From: Vulcanimicrobiota bacterium
GTDB lineage: Bacteria; Vulcanimicrobiota; Xenobia; Xenobiales; JADMJV01
Assembly: GCA_050250895.1 (NCBI GenBank)
Contig: JBFWNU010000005.1
Location: 320,001-384,000 of the forward strand
DNA: 64,000 nucleotides
Direction: 5' to 3'
The translations under genes were made by a program, and so were the position numbers. Of this stretch, positions 46,387-56,101 are shown piece after piece (the stretch's first letter is position 1; the number at the start of each line of letters is the position of its first letter). Under the pieces are notes generated by a model, which saw only the letters and a program-made list of their open reading frames with translations, made no database searches and was not told the origin of the DNA.

Positions 46387-46445
46387 CGGGAGTTTTTCCT
46401 CCGAAGTAGAAGACGTAGAGAGGCCTGGGGTGGCAGAATCGGAGG

Positions 46446-48248
46446 TTGGGTGTGACACGAAAAGGCATGGCGCTGGTCACGACTCTGATGGTCGTCGGCA
46501 TCTTGATCCTGATGGCTGTGGCCGTCATCACGTCGGTAAATCAGGGAATGTCCCTCACCAAGAGCTATCACGACGAGGTGGCCGCCCTCTATATTGCTGA
46601 AGCCGGCCTGGCCGACGTCATGTCTCACCTCGAGATCGACACCGCCTGGATTGACGGGTTCAACCGCGAATCCATGACCCACCGACCCGGCGACTATACT
46701 GTCTATTTCAATCAGTCCGGCACGAATTTCGAGCGTTGGCACTCGGTCAACAACCTGACCGGAACCGTGCCCGTCGACGGCCCCCGAGGACCCCTCAGCG
46801 TCCCTGCCTACTCGGCCGTGATCGTGGTGGTTGGACGGGCCGGTAGTGTCCAGCGGCAGCTCGAGGCCGTCGTCTACAGCGAGGGCGTGATCAACGTAGA
46901 GTATCCCTTGATGACCTCAGGGGTGATTCACCTGAGCGGCGACGTCGAAGTGACCGGCCTCAAGAGCCTGCACGGCTTCGAGCGCGTGGCCGCGGGCGTT
47001 CACTCTAACAGTGGTGGAGGACGCCCGGGCTCGACCATCGAGTGGGAGAAGGACCACTCCTGGGACAAAGTGCTGGTGACCGGCAAGGTGAGCGCGGTCG
47101 ACCCCCGACCGGACGCCATCGATTTCGGTTCAGACCCTGACGACTACGATGTCGGAGCCTTCGAAAAGGACGCCGCCCGCCGGATGTTCCCCACCGTCGG
47201 GGACATCAGTCACCTGGTGGGGCTGCGTTCGGACAAGCCGACCCCTACCATCGTCGACGGGGGCACCACCGAGCTGACTGCCGGTGAGTTCTATCAAGGC
47301 GGCGACCTCGAGGTCCAGGGGGATCTGGTGCTCGATGGCACCGACCTCTACGTTGACGGCGACTTGATCGTCAACGGCGGTATCTCGGGGGAAGGGGCGG
47401 TCTGGGTCTCGGGCAAAACCGAGTTTCGGGGCGACGCCACCCTGCGTTCTAGCGACAAAGCGGCCATCATGAGCGAGGGGCCCGTGACCCTCATGGGCTT
47501 CGACGGAAACGACTATATGGAAGCTTTCGCCGACCGCGACCCCGACGTTCGATTGCTATGGGATGCTTCCAAGCAGACTCTGGGCGAGATCGCAACCAGC
47601 CTGGAAGAGGGCGATCCGGCCACCACCATGGGCCCCGACGGAAGCCTCGATTTACTGGGGAGAAAACTTGGCGAGCACGCCGAGAATCCTCCTGCCATTC
47701 CGGGCGATCCGCTGGTTAGCGGCGACTATCTGGGCCAGTTGGTGGAACGACTCGAGGCCGAGCCCGAAAGTAGCGCTCGTGACTTCATGATCTCGAAACT
47801 CGACGGCTATCGCGACTTCTTTAGCGAGACCTCGTCGGCGCATGACGAATGGGTGGCCGAGAACTTTTATGAGGACCCCAGAACCCGTCGGGGGGCCTTT
47901 GATGCCGTGGTGGATAGCGGCTATAGCGATGCGGCCGGCGCCCTGTTGACCCAGGTGGCCACGGTCAACTACGAGAAGCTCGGCGCCTCCTACTTTCAGG
48001 GGATCATCTATACCAACGGGTCGTTCTTTGCGGCCAACAACGTCACCGCCCTGGGAACCATTCTGGTGGACGGCAAAGGCAGCCATACCACGCCAAATCC
48101 TCTCAACCCGAGCCAGAATCTCCGGCCTGGAGATCTGGTGATGACCCGCGGCGCCAACTTGACCTTCATCGAGGACTTCTTCCAGGAGGGCGCGGGAGCG
48201 ATCCACCTGCGCGGGCCCGTTCGGGTGCGAACCTGGGCGGCGCGTTGA
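46446..48248 (+). CDS. PilX-like N-terminal minor pilin with beta-helix-like region
   Basis: RKG|MALVTTLMVV, ALYIAEAGL; repeats GDLEVQGDLVL...LYVDGDLIVNG. Confidence 0.8.
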   Translation: MGVTRKGMALVTTLMVVGILILMAVAVITSVNQGMSLTKSYHDEVAALYIAEAGLADVMSHLEIDTAWIDGFNRESMTHRPGDYTVYFNQSGTNFERWHSVNNLTGTVPVDGPRGPLSVPAYSAVIVVVGRAGSVQRQLEAVVYSEGVINVEYPLMTSGVIHLSGDVEVTGLKSLHGFERVAAGVHSNSGGGRPGSTIEWEKDHSWDKVLVTGKVSAVDPRPDAIDFGSDPDDYDVGAFEKDAARRMFPTVGDISHLVGLRSDKPTPTIVDGGTTELTAGEFYQGGDLEVQGDLVLDGTDLYVDGDLIVNGGISGEGAVWVSGKTEFRGDATLRSSDKAAIMSEGPVTLMGFDGNDYMEAFADRDPDVRLLWDASKQTLGEIATSLEEGDPATTMGPDGSLDLLGRKLGEHAENPPAIPGDPLVSGDYLGQLVERLEAEPESSARDFMISKLDGYRDFFSETSSAHDEWVAENFYEDPRTRRGAFDAVVDSGYSDAAGALLTQVATVNYEKLGASYFQGIIYTNGSFFAANNVTALGTILVDGKGSHTTPNPLNPSQNLRPGDLVMTRGANLTFIEDFFQEGAGAIHLRGPVRVRTWAAR

Positions 48249-48646
48249 GACGAGGCTTCACCCTTGCCGAGGTGATGATCGCCCTGGGCATCCTGGCGGT
48301 GGCTGTGCTGACCATCATCGCCACCTTCACCGGCGCCCTTCAACTTAGTTCCAAGTCATCGGAGATCACGGCCGCCACCGGCGTCGGACAAGATTTCCTC
48401 GAGGCAGTGCGCGACGGGGGATACGACTTCGTCCCGGACGGCACTTTCTCGTTTGACGGACGTCGAGGAGACCCGGCGATCGATGGATTTCCCCCCGATC
48501 CTTATCCGGTTGCACAGGTGGACGGACGCGACTATAGTTTGAAAGTCCGGGTCGACCCCAAAGGGGCGACTCTCAAGGTTGTGTCTGTCGAAGTCTTTTG
48601 GGGAAACCAGAGCCGAATTGCGCTGGAAACTTACTTTTACCCCTGA
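48245..48646 (+). CDS. Type IV minor pilin (PilV-like)
   Basis: RRG|FTLAEVMIALGIL prepilin motif. Confidence 0.88.
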   Translation: MRRGFTLAEVMIALGILAVAVLTIIATFTGALQLSSKSSEITAATGVGQDFLEAVRDGGYDFVPDGTFSFDGRRGDPAIDGFPPDPYPVAQVDGRDYSLKVRVDPKGATLKVVSVEVFWGNQSRIALETYFYP

Positions 48647-49256
48647 TTGCGGCCTGAGCCGTCGCCGCGGAATGGTGCTCGTCGAGATGATGATCGCCGG
48701 CGCTGTCTTTTTGCTCTTGACCGCTGCTCTCTTCATGATCTTTTTCATGGGCGCTAAGGCATGGCGCAAGTCGGATCAGCGGGCCGACGTCACCCGAGAA
48801 GCCCAGCTGGCCACGGCGCGCCTGGTGCGTGAGGCTACCCGCAGCAGCATTCTGAGCCTGTCTTTGACCCCGGATGGCCGAGGCGTGTCATTTCTGTCAC
48901 CGATAGACGACCAGGGTCAGTTCGTGTTCGACGCCGCCGGCAATACTCGCTGGCAACGCTTCGTGATCTACTATTTCGATGCCGCTAGCGCAGAGCTGCG
49001 AAGGCGCGAGGTTCCCTTGCCCGTGGGCTCGACGCTGTCGCAGTTTCCTGAGCCCATCGAGCGCCTCAACCCTCCCCAAACGCTGGCCAGCTATCTGGTG
49101 GGAGGCCGCGTGGTGGCGCGCGACCTGACCGAATTCGGAGCCTGGACGCCCATGGGCAGCCGCCGGCTCAACGTGACCGTGAGCGTGAAGAAGTCGGTGC
49201 CTCGCGAGCCAGACGCTACCGCTACCGTGACCACCGGCGTGCTTCTTCACAACTAG
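48618..49256 (+). CDS. Type IV minor pilin (PilW-like)
   Basis: RRRG|MVLVEMMIA prepilin motif; start uncertain (48579-48654). Confidence 0.75.
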   Translation: MRWKLTFTPDCGLSRRRGMVLVEMMIAGAVFLLLTAALFMIFFMGAKAWRKSDQRADVTREAQLATARLVREATRSSILSLSLTPDGRGVSFLSPIDDQGQFVFDAAGNTRWQRFVIYYFDAASAELRRREVPLPVGSTLSQFPEPIERLNPPQTLASYLVGGRVVARDLTEFGAWTPMGSRRLNVTVSVKKSVPREPDATATVTTGVLLHN

Positions 49257-49306
49257 ACTCTGGTTGGGAATGGTACCGGGGGGGATCGGTAGAACGGACT
49301 GCCCCT

Positions 49307-52300
49307 ATGGGTATCCATGTTGCGCTTCGGCACAAGACTTCGTACCTCTACGACCGACCGGTCACCCTCGACCCGCACCTGGTGCGCCTGCGTCCTGCCC
49401 CCCATTGCCGCACGCCCATCCTGAGTTATTCCCTGCGGGTGGCGCCCGAGCAGCACTTCATGAACTGGCAACAAGACGCGTACGCCAACTACCAGGCGCG
49501 ATTGGTCTTTCCCGAACTGGCCCGCAAGCTCGAGGTCGAGGTGGATGTGGTGGCTGACATGACGGTCATCAATCCCTTCGATTTCTTCATCGAGCACACG
49601 GCCGAGCACTTTCCCTTTCCTTACGCCGAGGGGTTGGCCCGCGAATTGGTACCCTTTCTCGAGATTCGGCCGGCGGGCCCGAGGTTGGAAGCCCTGGTGG
49701 CCGAGCTGCGGCAGCAGAACGTGCGCACGGTGGACTACCTGGTCGAGATCAACCAGCACCTGTCCAATCGGATCGACTATGTCATTCGCCTCGAGCCCGG
49801 CATCCAGACCCCCGAAGAGACTCTCACCCGCGGGCGCGGCTCGTGCCGCGACAGCGCCTGGTTACTCGTTCAGATCTTGCGACGCCTGGGGCTGGCGGCC
49901 CGGTTTGCCTCGGGCTATCTCATTCAGCTGACCCCCGACGAGAAGAGCCTGACCGGCCCCAGCGGGCCGGCCACCGATTTTACCGATCTTCACGCCTGGA
50001 CCGAGGTGTTCGTGCCCGGTGCCGGCTGGTTGGGCCTGGACCCGACCTCGGGGCTGGCGGCCGGCGAGGGGCACATTCCCCTGGCCTGCGCCGCCGACCC
50101 CTTGAGTGCTTCCCCCATCCAGGGCAGCTTCCGGTTCTTGCCCTCCAAGCCCGAGGACAAGGTGACCGAGGAGTTTGGCTTCGAGATGGAGCTGACCCGC
50201 CTCGAAGAGCGCCCCCGGGTGACCAAGCCCTACACCGACGCCCAGTGGAACGATATTCTCGGCTGCGGTAGCCAGCTCGACCGCCGGCTGCTCGAGCGCG
50301 ACGTGCGGCTGACCATGGGGGGCGAGCCGACCTTTGTGGCCGTCGACGCTCGGGATGAAGAGGAGTGGAACGTCACCGCACTGGGTCGCCAGAAGCGCGA
50401 GCTGGCCGGAGCTCTCTTACGGCGCCTGCGCTCGCGCTTTGCTTCGGGCGCCTCGCTGCACTTTGGCCAGGGCAAGCAGTATCCGGGCGAGAGCCTGCCT
50501 CGCTGGGCGCTAGCTTGCGTCTGGCGCAAGGACGGGGCGCCCTTGTGGACCAACCCCGAGGCCGAGGCCGACGAGACCGTCGACTACGGCTACGGCACCT
50601 CTCAGGCCCGCCAGTTTCTGGGCGCTCTGGGTCACCGCCTGGGGGTGGGCTCCGACCATATTCTGCCAGGTTATGAAGATGCCGCCTACTATCTGTGGCA
50701 AGAAGGCCGCTTGCCCGTCAACGTCTCGGTCGAGGATGCTCGTCTGGACGATGCCGAGCTGCGGGCGCGATTGCAGCGGGTGTTTGACCGAGGATTGGGC
50801 GCGCAGATCGGGTTCGCCATGCCCCTGGGCTATGAGGACGGTTGGACCACCGGACCGTGGAAGCTGCGGCGAGAGCAGCTGTTTCTCATTCCCGGCGATT
50901 CGCCCATGGGCTATCGGCTACCGCTCAACACGCTGCCCTGGGTCGACGAGTTGGAATATCCCTATCTCGAGCCGCCCGACCCGTTCGAAGAGCTACCGGC
51001 GCTCACCAGTCGCCAGGCTTATCGAGTGGTCGAACCCGACACTCGCAACCCGCTGCCGGGCCAATCGGCCTCGTGGGTGGTGCGCACGGCCTTGTGCGTC
51101 GAGCCTCGCGAGGGACGCCTCTACGTCTTCATTCCCCCGCTTGAAGACGGCCAGGGCTATATCGAGCTGGTCGAGGCCATCGAGGCCACGGCCGCCGAAC
51201 TGGGCATGCCGTGCTTGATCGAAGGCTATGCGCCGCTGGATGACCCTCGCCTGGCCCATTTCGCCATCACTCCCGACCCCGGGGTGCTGGAGGTCAACAT
51301 CCACCCTTCCTCGAGCTGGGAAGAGCTGGTCGACAAGACCCGGATTCTCTATGAAGAGGCCCGCCAGGTCGGTCTGGGAGCCGAGAAGTTCGCCCTCGAC
51401 GGTCGCCATGTGGGCACCGGCGGAGGTAACCACGTGTTGCTCGGTGGCCCCACTCCTGCCGACAGCCCGATCCTGCGCCGGCCCGACCTGCTGCGCAGCT
51501 TGCTGACTTTCTGGAACCACCATCCCAGCTTATCCTATGTTTTCTCGAGCCAGTTCATCGGCCCCACCAGCCAGGCCCCCCGAGTCGATGAAGCCCGCAC
51601 CGACGCGGTTCACGAACTCGAGCTGGCTTTCGCTCAGCTGCCCGAGCCGGGTCAGGCATGCCAACCCTGGCTGGTCGACCGGGTCTTTCGCCATCTGCTT
51701 GTGGACCTTACCGGCAATACCCACCGGGCCGAATTCTGCATCGATAAGCTGTATTCACCGGACGGCCCCAGCGGGCGCCGTGGCCTGGTCGAAATGCGCT
51801 CGCTCGAGATGCCTCCTCACTACCAGATGAGTCTAGCCCAACAGCTGCTGTTGCGCAGCCTGGTGGCCTATTTCTGGGACCGGCCCTATCAAAAGTCGCT
51901 GGTGGAGTGGGGCAGCGAGCTGCACGACCGCTTCATGCTCGGCCATTTCGCGGCCGCCGACCTGCACGATGTGCTGGCCGAACTGCGCCAGGCCGGCCTG
52001 CCTCTGCAGAACGACTGGTTTGCTCCTCATCTCGAGTTTCGCTACCCGCTCATCGGCCGTTTCGCCTCGGCCGGGCTCGAGGTCGAGTTGCGCGAGGCCA
52101 TCGAGCCGTGGCATGTGCTGGGTGAGCAACCTGGTATGGGCGGCGCGGTGCGCTACGTCGACTCGTCGCTCGAGCGCATCCAGGTCAAGCTGCGCGGCAT
52201 GATCGACCCCCGTCATCGGCTGGCCTGCAACGGCGTCGAAGTGCCCCTGCATCCCACCGGAGTCAATGGCGAGTTCGTGGCCGGCGTGCGCTTTCGGGCC

Positions 52301-52615
52301 TGGCAGCCGGCCAGCTGCCTGCATCCCACCATCGGCGTCCACTCCCCGCTGGTTTTCGATGTCTTCGACACCTGGTCCGAACGAGCCGTGGGTGGCTGCA
52401 CCTATCACGTCGCCCATCCGGGTGGCCGCAGCTACGACCGCTTTCCCGTCAATGCCTACGAGGCCGAGGCCCGACGCAGTTCGCGCTTTCTGGTCGAAGG
52501 CCACACCCCCGGCGGCTATCCCCTACGACCCGCTCCCCAGAGTAAGCGTTACCCCTTTACCCTTGACCTTCGCTGGGCGAGGAGCGGCCCTTCGGGCCGG
52601 GAGAAGGAACTCTAG
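49307..52615 (+). CDS. Transglutaminase-like domain plus DUF2126 (putative amidoligase) protein
   Basis: GSCRDSA / DLHAWTEV / GLDPT triad; LTMGGEPTFV, PDPGVLEVNIHP, GTGGGNH, GNTHRAEFCIDKL. Confidence 0.92.
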   Translation: MGIHVALRHKTSYLYDRPVTLDPHLVRLRPAPHCRTPILSYSLRVAPEQHFMNWQQDAYANYQARLVFPELARKLEVEVDVVADMTVINPFDFFIEHTAEHFPFPYAEGLARELVPFLEIRPAGPRLEALVAELRQQNVRTVDYLVEINQHLSNRIDYVIRLEPGIQTPEETLTRGRGSCRDSAWLLVQILRRLGLAARFASGYLIQLTPDEKSLTGPSGPATDFTDLHAWTEVFVPGAGWLGLDPTSGLAAGEGHIPLACAADPLSASPIQGSFRFLPSKPEDKVTEEFGFEMELTRLEERPRVTKPYTDAQWNDILGCGSQLDRRLLERDVRLTMGGEPTFVAVDARDEEEWNVTALGRQKRELAGALLRRLRSRFASGASLHFGQGKQYPGESLPRWALACVWRKDGAPLWTNPEAEADETVDYGYGTSQARQFLGALGHRLGVGSDHILPGYEDAAYYLWQEGRLPVNVSVEDARLDDAELRARLQRVFDRGLGAQIGFAMPLGYEDGWTTGPWKLRREQLFLIPGDSPMGYRLPLNTLPWVDELEYPYLEPPDPFEELPALTSRQAYRVVEPDTRNPLPGQSASWVVRTALCVEPREGRLYVFIPPLEDGQGYIELVEAIEATAAELGMPCLIEGYAPLDDPRLAHFAITPDPGVLEVNIHPSSSWEELVDKTRILYEEARQVGLGAEKFALDGRHVGTGGGNHVLLGGPTPADSPILRRPDLLRSLLTFWNHHPSLSYVFSSQFIGPTSQAPRVDEARTDAVHELELAFAQLPEPGQACQPWLVDRVFRHLLVDLTGNTHRAEFCIDKLYSPDGPSGRRGLVEMRSLEMPPHYQMSLAQQLLLRSLVAYFWDRPYQKSLVEWGSELHDRFMLGHFAAADLHDVLAELRQAGLPLQNDWFAPHLEFRYPLIGRFASAGLEVELREAIEPWHVLGEQPGMGGAVRYVDSSLERIQVKLRGMIDPRHRLACNGVEVPLHPTGVNGEFVAGVRFRAWQPASCLHPTIGVHSPLVFDVFDTWSERAVGGCTYHVAHPGGRSYDRFPVNAYEAEARRSSRFLVEGHTPGGYPLRPAPQSKRYPFTLDLRWARSGPSGREKEL

Positions 52616-52798
52616 CTTCGCTCCAGGGATAAGGAGCGGCCTTCGGCCGGGAGAAGGGGCGAACTGAGCTGTCGCTCAGTTCGGGAGCGGCGAAGCCGCC
52701 CTTCTCAGCCGCAGGCTGCTCCCTGTCGACGCGCAGGGACGAAATCTCCGCGCGAAGCGCACGGCTCCTTCTCCCGCCGACACAGTCGGCGCTCCCTG
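52581..52798. repeat. Composite REP-like hairpin cluster between convergent genes
   Basis: Two direct units GGAGC-ggcc-TTCG-ggcc-GGGAGAAGG and two inverted units CCTTCTC-hairpin-GCTCCCTG, plus internal hairpins. Confidence 0.7.
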
Positions 52799-53596
52799 TT
52801 AGCGGTCAAAATGCTTGCGCAAAAAATCGAACAGGCCGAGGCGGCGCATCAGGGCTTGCAGGGTCTGAGGGGCCAGCGCGTGGAGCACGGCCAGGGGCTT
52901 GAACGGGCGGCCGCTGACCACGATTTCGGGGCGGCCTTCTTTGAGGGCGGTCAAGACCGCGGCCACCACCTGGCGGGGCGACACTTCGCTCAGATAAGCC
53001 GGAGCCTTGATGCCGTGAGAGGCGAACATTCCTGTTTCGGATACGAAGCCCGGGTTGATCACCGAACTACTCACACCGGTGCCCTCGAGTTCGACGGCCA
53101 GGGACTGGCTCCAGGCCGTCAGGGCAGCCTTGGTTCCGCTGTAGGTGGCCGCGTAGGGAAGGGCGACCTTGCCGGCTAGTGAAGCGATGGTCACGATGTG
53201 ACCCTGGCCCCGTTCGAGCATTCCGGGTAGCAGCAGGCGACTCAAGAGCAGAGGCGCGGTAAGGTTGGTGGCGATCACCTGCTCGACTTCCTCGCTGGTC
53301 TTGCTGCGAAAGCTGCCGCCGTTTTCTACCCCGGCGTTGTTGATCAAGATGTCGATGTCGCCCAGTTGGGCCCGAGCCTCGGCCACCACGGTCTCGACCT
53401 GGACAGTGTCGCTCAAGTCGGCCGGAATGGCCACGCAGTTGGGAAAGCGCGAGGCCACCTCTTCCAGCGGCTCGGGGGTGCGGGCCACCAGGGCCAGATT
53501 GACCCCTTCGGCCGCCAGGGCCTCGGCGATGAGCGGGCCGAGGCCGCGCGAGCCCCCGGTGAGAATAGCGTTTCGGTTGCGAAGACTACTGAGCAT
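52799..53596 (-). CDS. Short-chain dehydrogenase/reductase
   Basis: TGGSRGLG, NNAG, IASLAG and YSGTK. Confidence 0.93.
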   Translation of the reverse strand: MLSSLRNRNAILTGGSRGLGPLIAEALAAEGVNLALVARTPEPLEEVASRFPNCVAIPADLSDTVQVETVVAEARAQLGDIDILINNAGVENGGSFRSKTSEEVEQVIATNLTAPLLLSRLLLPGMLERGQGHIVTIASLAGKVALPYAATYSGTKAALTAWSQSLAVELEGTGVSSSVINPGFVSETGMFASHGIKAPAYLSEVSPRQVVAAVLTALKEGRPEIVVSGRPFKPLAVLHALAPQTLQALMRRLGLFDFLRKHFDR

Positions 53597-53965
53597 GGGG
53601 CGGCCTTCGCTCCCGAACACGGTGGCCCTCTCGGGTCAGGCTTGAGCTGTTCCGGCCCGCCCGAACTGGACCACGCTCGGGTGCAATCCGTGGCCGGCCA
53701 CGTGCACCACGTGGAGAGCGCTGGGATACTGGCTCAGATTCGAGGCGAGCTGGTCGCGAAAGCTCCCCAGATCGGTTCGAGCCTGGTGTCTTCATCGGTC
53801 ACATCGAACCGCGCAGTGATCATCACCGGTCGCGTGGTGCTGCCGTTGGGTTGAATCTTCATCCTCGTTTTAGGATTCAATAAAGTCGATTTCGACCCTC
53901 TATCCGGGTCTTGCGCCCGACCGTCTCAACGGCTAGAATAAACGGGTCATGCTAGGGGGTCAGTT

Positions 53966-55156
53966 GTGGCGCGTGTAGCCAGCCCACCTGTCTTCAAAGC
54001 CTATCGGGATCTCTTCGCGAAAGAGCCGGCAGGCGGACCTTGTCCACTCTTTTTACGGCCCACCGATCGCCAGCGTCTCGAACGCTATTGCCTGGCCCTG
54101 TCCCGTCAATTGGTCAGCCTGACCGAGGAGTATTTCGCGGGCCAACACAGTGACACTCTGTGCTTTGATGCCGAGACCGAACGCCTGCTCAAGCTCGACG
54201 CCGCCTGGGCCGACCCGCGGGGGCTCTGGCGTTTTGATGTCTTCTACTGGCCGCTGAGCTCCTCGGGTAAGGGACGGGTCATCTTGCGCGGTATCGATGG
54301 CGAGGACGGCGTGCTCTTACATGCGATCGACTGCGCCGTGGCCCAGCTGGAAGAGACCCCGGTCATGCTGGGTCTGCATCAGCGATTTGAACTCAGCAAG
54401 GATGACCTGGGAGACGGTCACCGTCGCACCCTGAAAAATCGCCATCGCCAGTTCTTCGAGAACGCCGGCGAGGCCAGCCTGGCTTTCTGTACGCCGCGCG
54501 AGGCTGACATTCGCCTGGCTCACGAGGCTCTGGCCGAGACGCTTCGCAATCGAGGTTGGGCGGCCCAGGTCGGAGACCCCGAGCAGTTTGAGTATCGCCA
54601 GGGCGCTCTGTGGCTCGATGGAGAGAACGTCGATCTGATCTGCGGCGACGGCTTGGGCGGCCTCAGACATGACGGCGGGCGCCAGGTGCTGGCTGCCTAT
54701 CTCGACGGTAAAGCTTGCCTGGCCAGTTCTCTTTGCTCGACGTTAGCCGAGACGCCCGGGGTTTTCGAATTGCTCTCGACCGCCGAGCTATCTGAAGAAC
54801 TGGCCGGGTCGGTGCCGTGGACCCGCCGGGTCACCGACCAGATCCTGGAAGAAGGCGTCAAGGCACAGAAGAACCTGGTGCTCCAGTCGGCCGAGCGCCG
54901 GGTGCCGGGAGCCGAGACTTCGCGCAAGCAATGGAAAGAAGCCCTTGACCAGGCTGTCGACCAACCCGGCGAGTTCGTCCAGAGCGCCCAGAGCGGCCCC
55001 ACCGAGCGGTTTCCGCAGTTTGACGAGCAGGGTGCCTTTCGCGGCTTCGAGCAAGATCTGGTTGGGCTGTCTTGTTGGGTTTTCGGGGGCAAATTCGTGG
55101 GCTGTTGTGCCCGGGTGGGTCCCCAGCAGAGACTGGCTCCTGTTTATTTCGCCTGA
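53966..55156 (+). CDS. Divergent circularly permuted ATP-grasp (glutathionylspermidine synthase-like) protein
   Basis: WRFDVF, DPEQFEYRQGALWLDGENVDLI, VLAAYLDGKACL, VPWTRRV, WVFGGKFVGCCARV. Confidence 0.6.
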   Translation: MARVASPPVFKAYRDLFAKEPAGGPCPLFLRPTDRQRLERYCLALSRQLVSLTEEYFAGQHSDTLCFDAETERLLKLDAAWADPRGLWRFDVFYWPLSSSGKGRVILRGIDGEDGVLLHAIDCAVAQLEETPVMLGLHQRFELSKDDLGDGHRRTLKNRHRQFFENAGEASLAFCTPREADIRLAHEALAETLRNRGWAAQVGDPEQFEYRQGALWLDGENVDLICGDGLGGLRHDGGRQVLAAYLDGKACLASSLCSTLAETPGVFELLSTAELSEELAGSVPWTRRVTDQILEEGVKAQKNLVLQSAERRVPGAETSRKQWKEALDQAVDQPGEFVQSAQSGPTERFPQFDEQGAFRGFEQDLVGLSCWVFGGKFVGCCARVGPQQRLAPVYFA

Positions 55157-56007
55157 ACCACGACCCGGATGGCCGCGGGAATGACGGTCACATCCAGAGG
55201 TGTTTCGCCGCCAGCCTCGCCGTCGAGCCAGACCGTCTGAGGAGGCTCGACCGTGACCCGAATATGGCGGCCTTGACGCCGATGGGCGTGCAGTTTGTTC
55301 TCGAGCAAGAAGCTGGCCAGTACACCCGGATGGGTGGCCTGGTCGCTGACGATCAAGACATCCAGCAGCCCGTCACTGGGAGAGACATCGGGCAAGGCCC
55401 GCGCAATTCCCCCCAGGCTGCCGGCGTTGAAGATAAAGCATGAATAGCCCTGGTCTTCATAGACGGTTTCGTCGACCTCGACCCGATAGGTGACCAATTT
55501 CAGATTGGCCAGCACTCGCATGGCCGCCAGGGGATAGGCGAGAAAACCGAGGCGGTCCTTTTCTTCGCGGCTGGCCACATCTTCGGCGCGGGGCCCGGTG
55601 TAGGCTCGCAACAGGAAGTAGCCGCCCGGGCAACGCGCCAGGTCGACGGCCCGAGTGGCCTCGCTTTCACACACCAGGGTGGCGGCCTCACGCAGAGTGC
55701 GAGGGATCTCTAACTCGAAGGCCATGGCGTTGCCGGTGCCTCCGGGCAGAATGGCCAGCGGCACCTCACTTCCCACCAGAGCATTGGCCACTTCCATCAG
55801 AGTGCCGTCGCCACCATAGCAAGCGATCACATCGGCGCCAGCCTCGAGCGCTTGGCGAGCCAGACGGGTGCCATCGCCGGCCTGCCGGGTCAGGTGCACC
55901 TGCCAGTCCAACCCTCTGGGCGTAAAGATGTCGTTGAGGGGGTTGAGAATCGGCTCGTCTTTGCCCGAGGCCGGATTGATGATGACGTGGATACGCTGGT
56001 AGCCCAT
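55144..56007 (-). CDS. Diacylglycerol/lipid kinase family (YegS/DgkB-like)
   Basis: INPASG, GGDGT, PGGTGNA, DGLLDV, LDGE. Confidence 0.92.
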   Translation of the reverse strand: MGYQRIHVIINPASGKDEPILNPLNDIFTPRGLDWQVHLTRQAGDGTRLARQALEAGADVIACYGGDGTLMEVANALVGSEVPLAILPGGTGNAMAFELEIPRTLREAATLVCESEATRAVDLARCPGGYFLLRAYTGPRAEDVASREEKDRLGFLAYPLAAMRVLANLKLVTYRVEVDETVYEDQGYSCFIFNAGSLGGIARALPDVSPSDGLLDVLIVSDQATHPGVLASFLLENKLHAHRRQGRHIRVTVEPPQTVWLDGEAGGETPLDVTVIPAAIRVVVQAK

Positions 56008-56101
56008 GGCCGGGCAGTTTCTCGTTGGGCCAGGCGATTCCCGCAAAAGAAGAACAAGCGTTCCACAGGTTTGACGGCGCCTAGCTTGAATTTCCTTCAC
56101 T

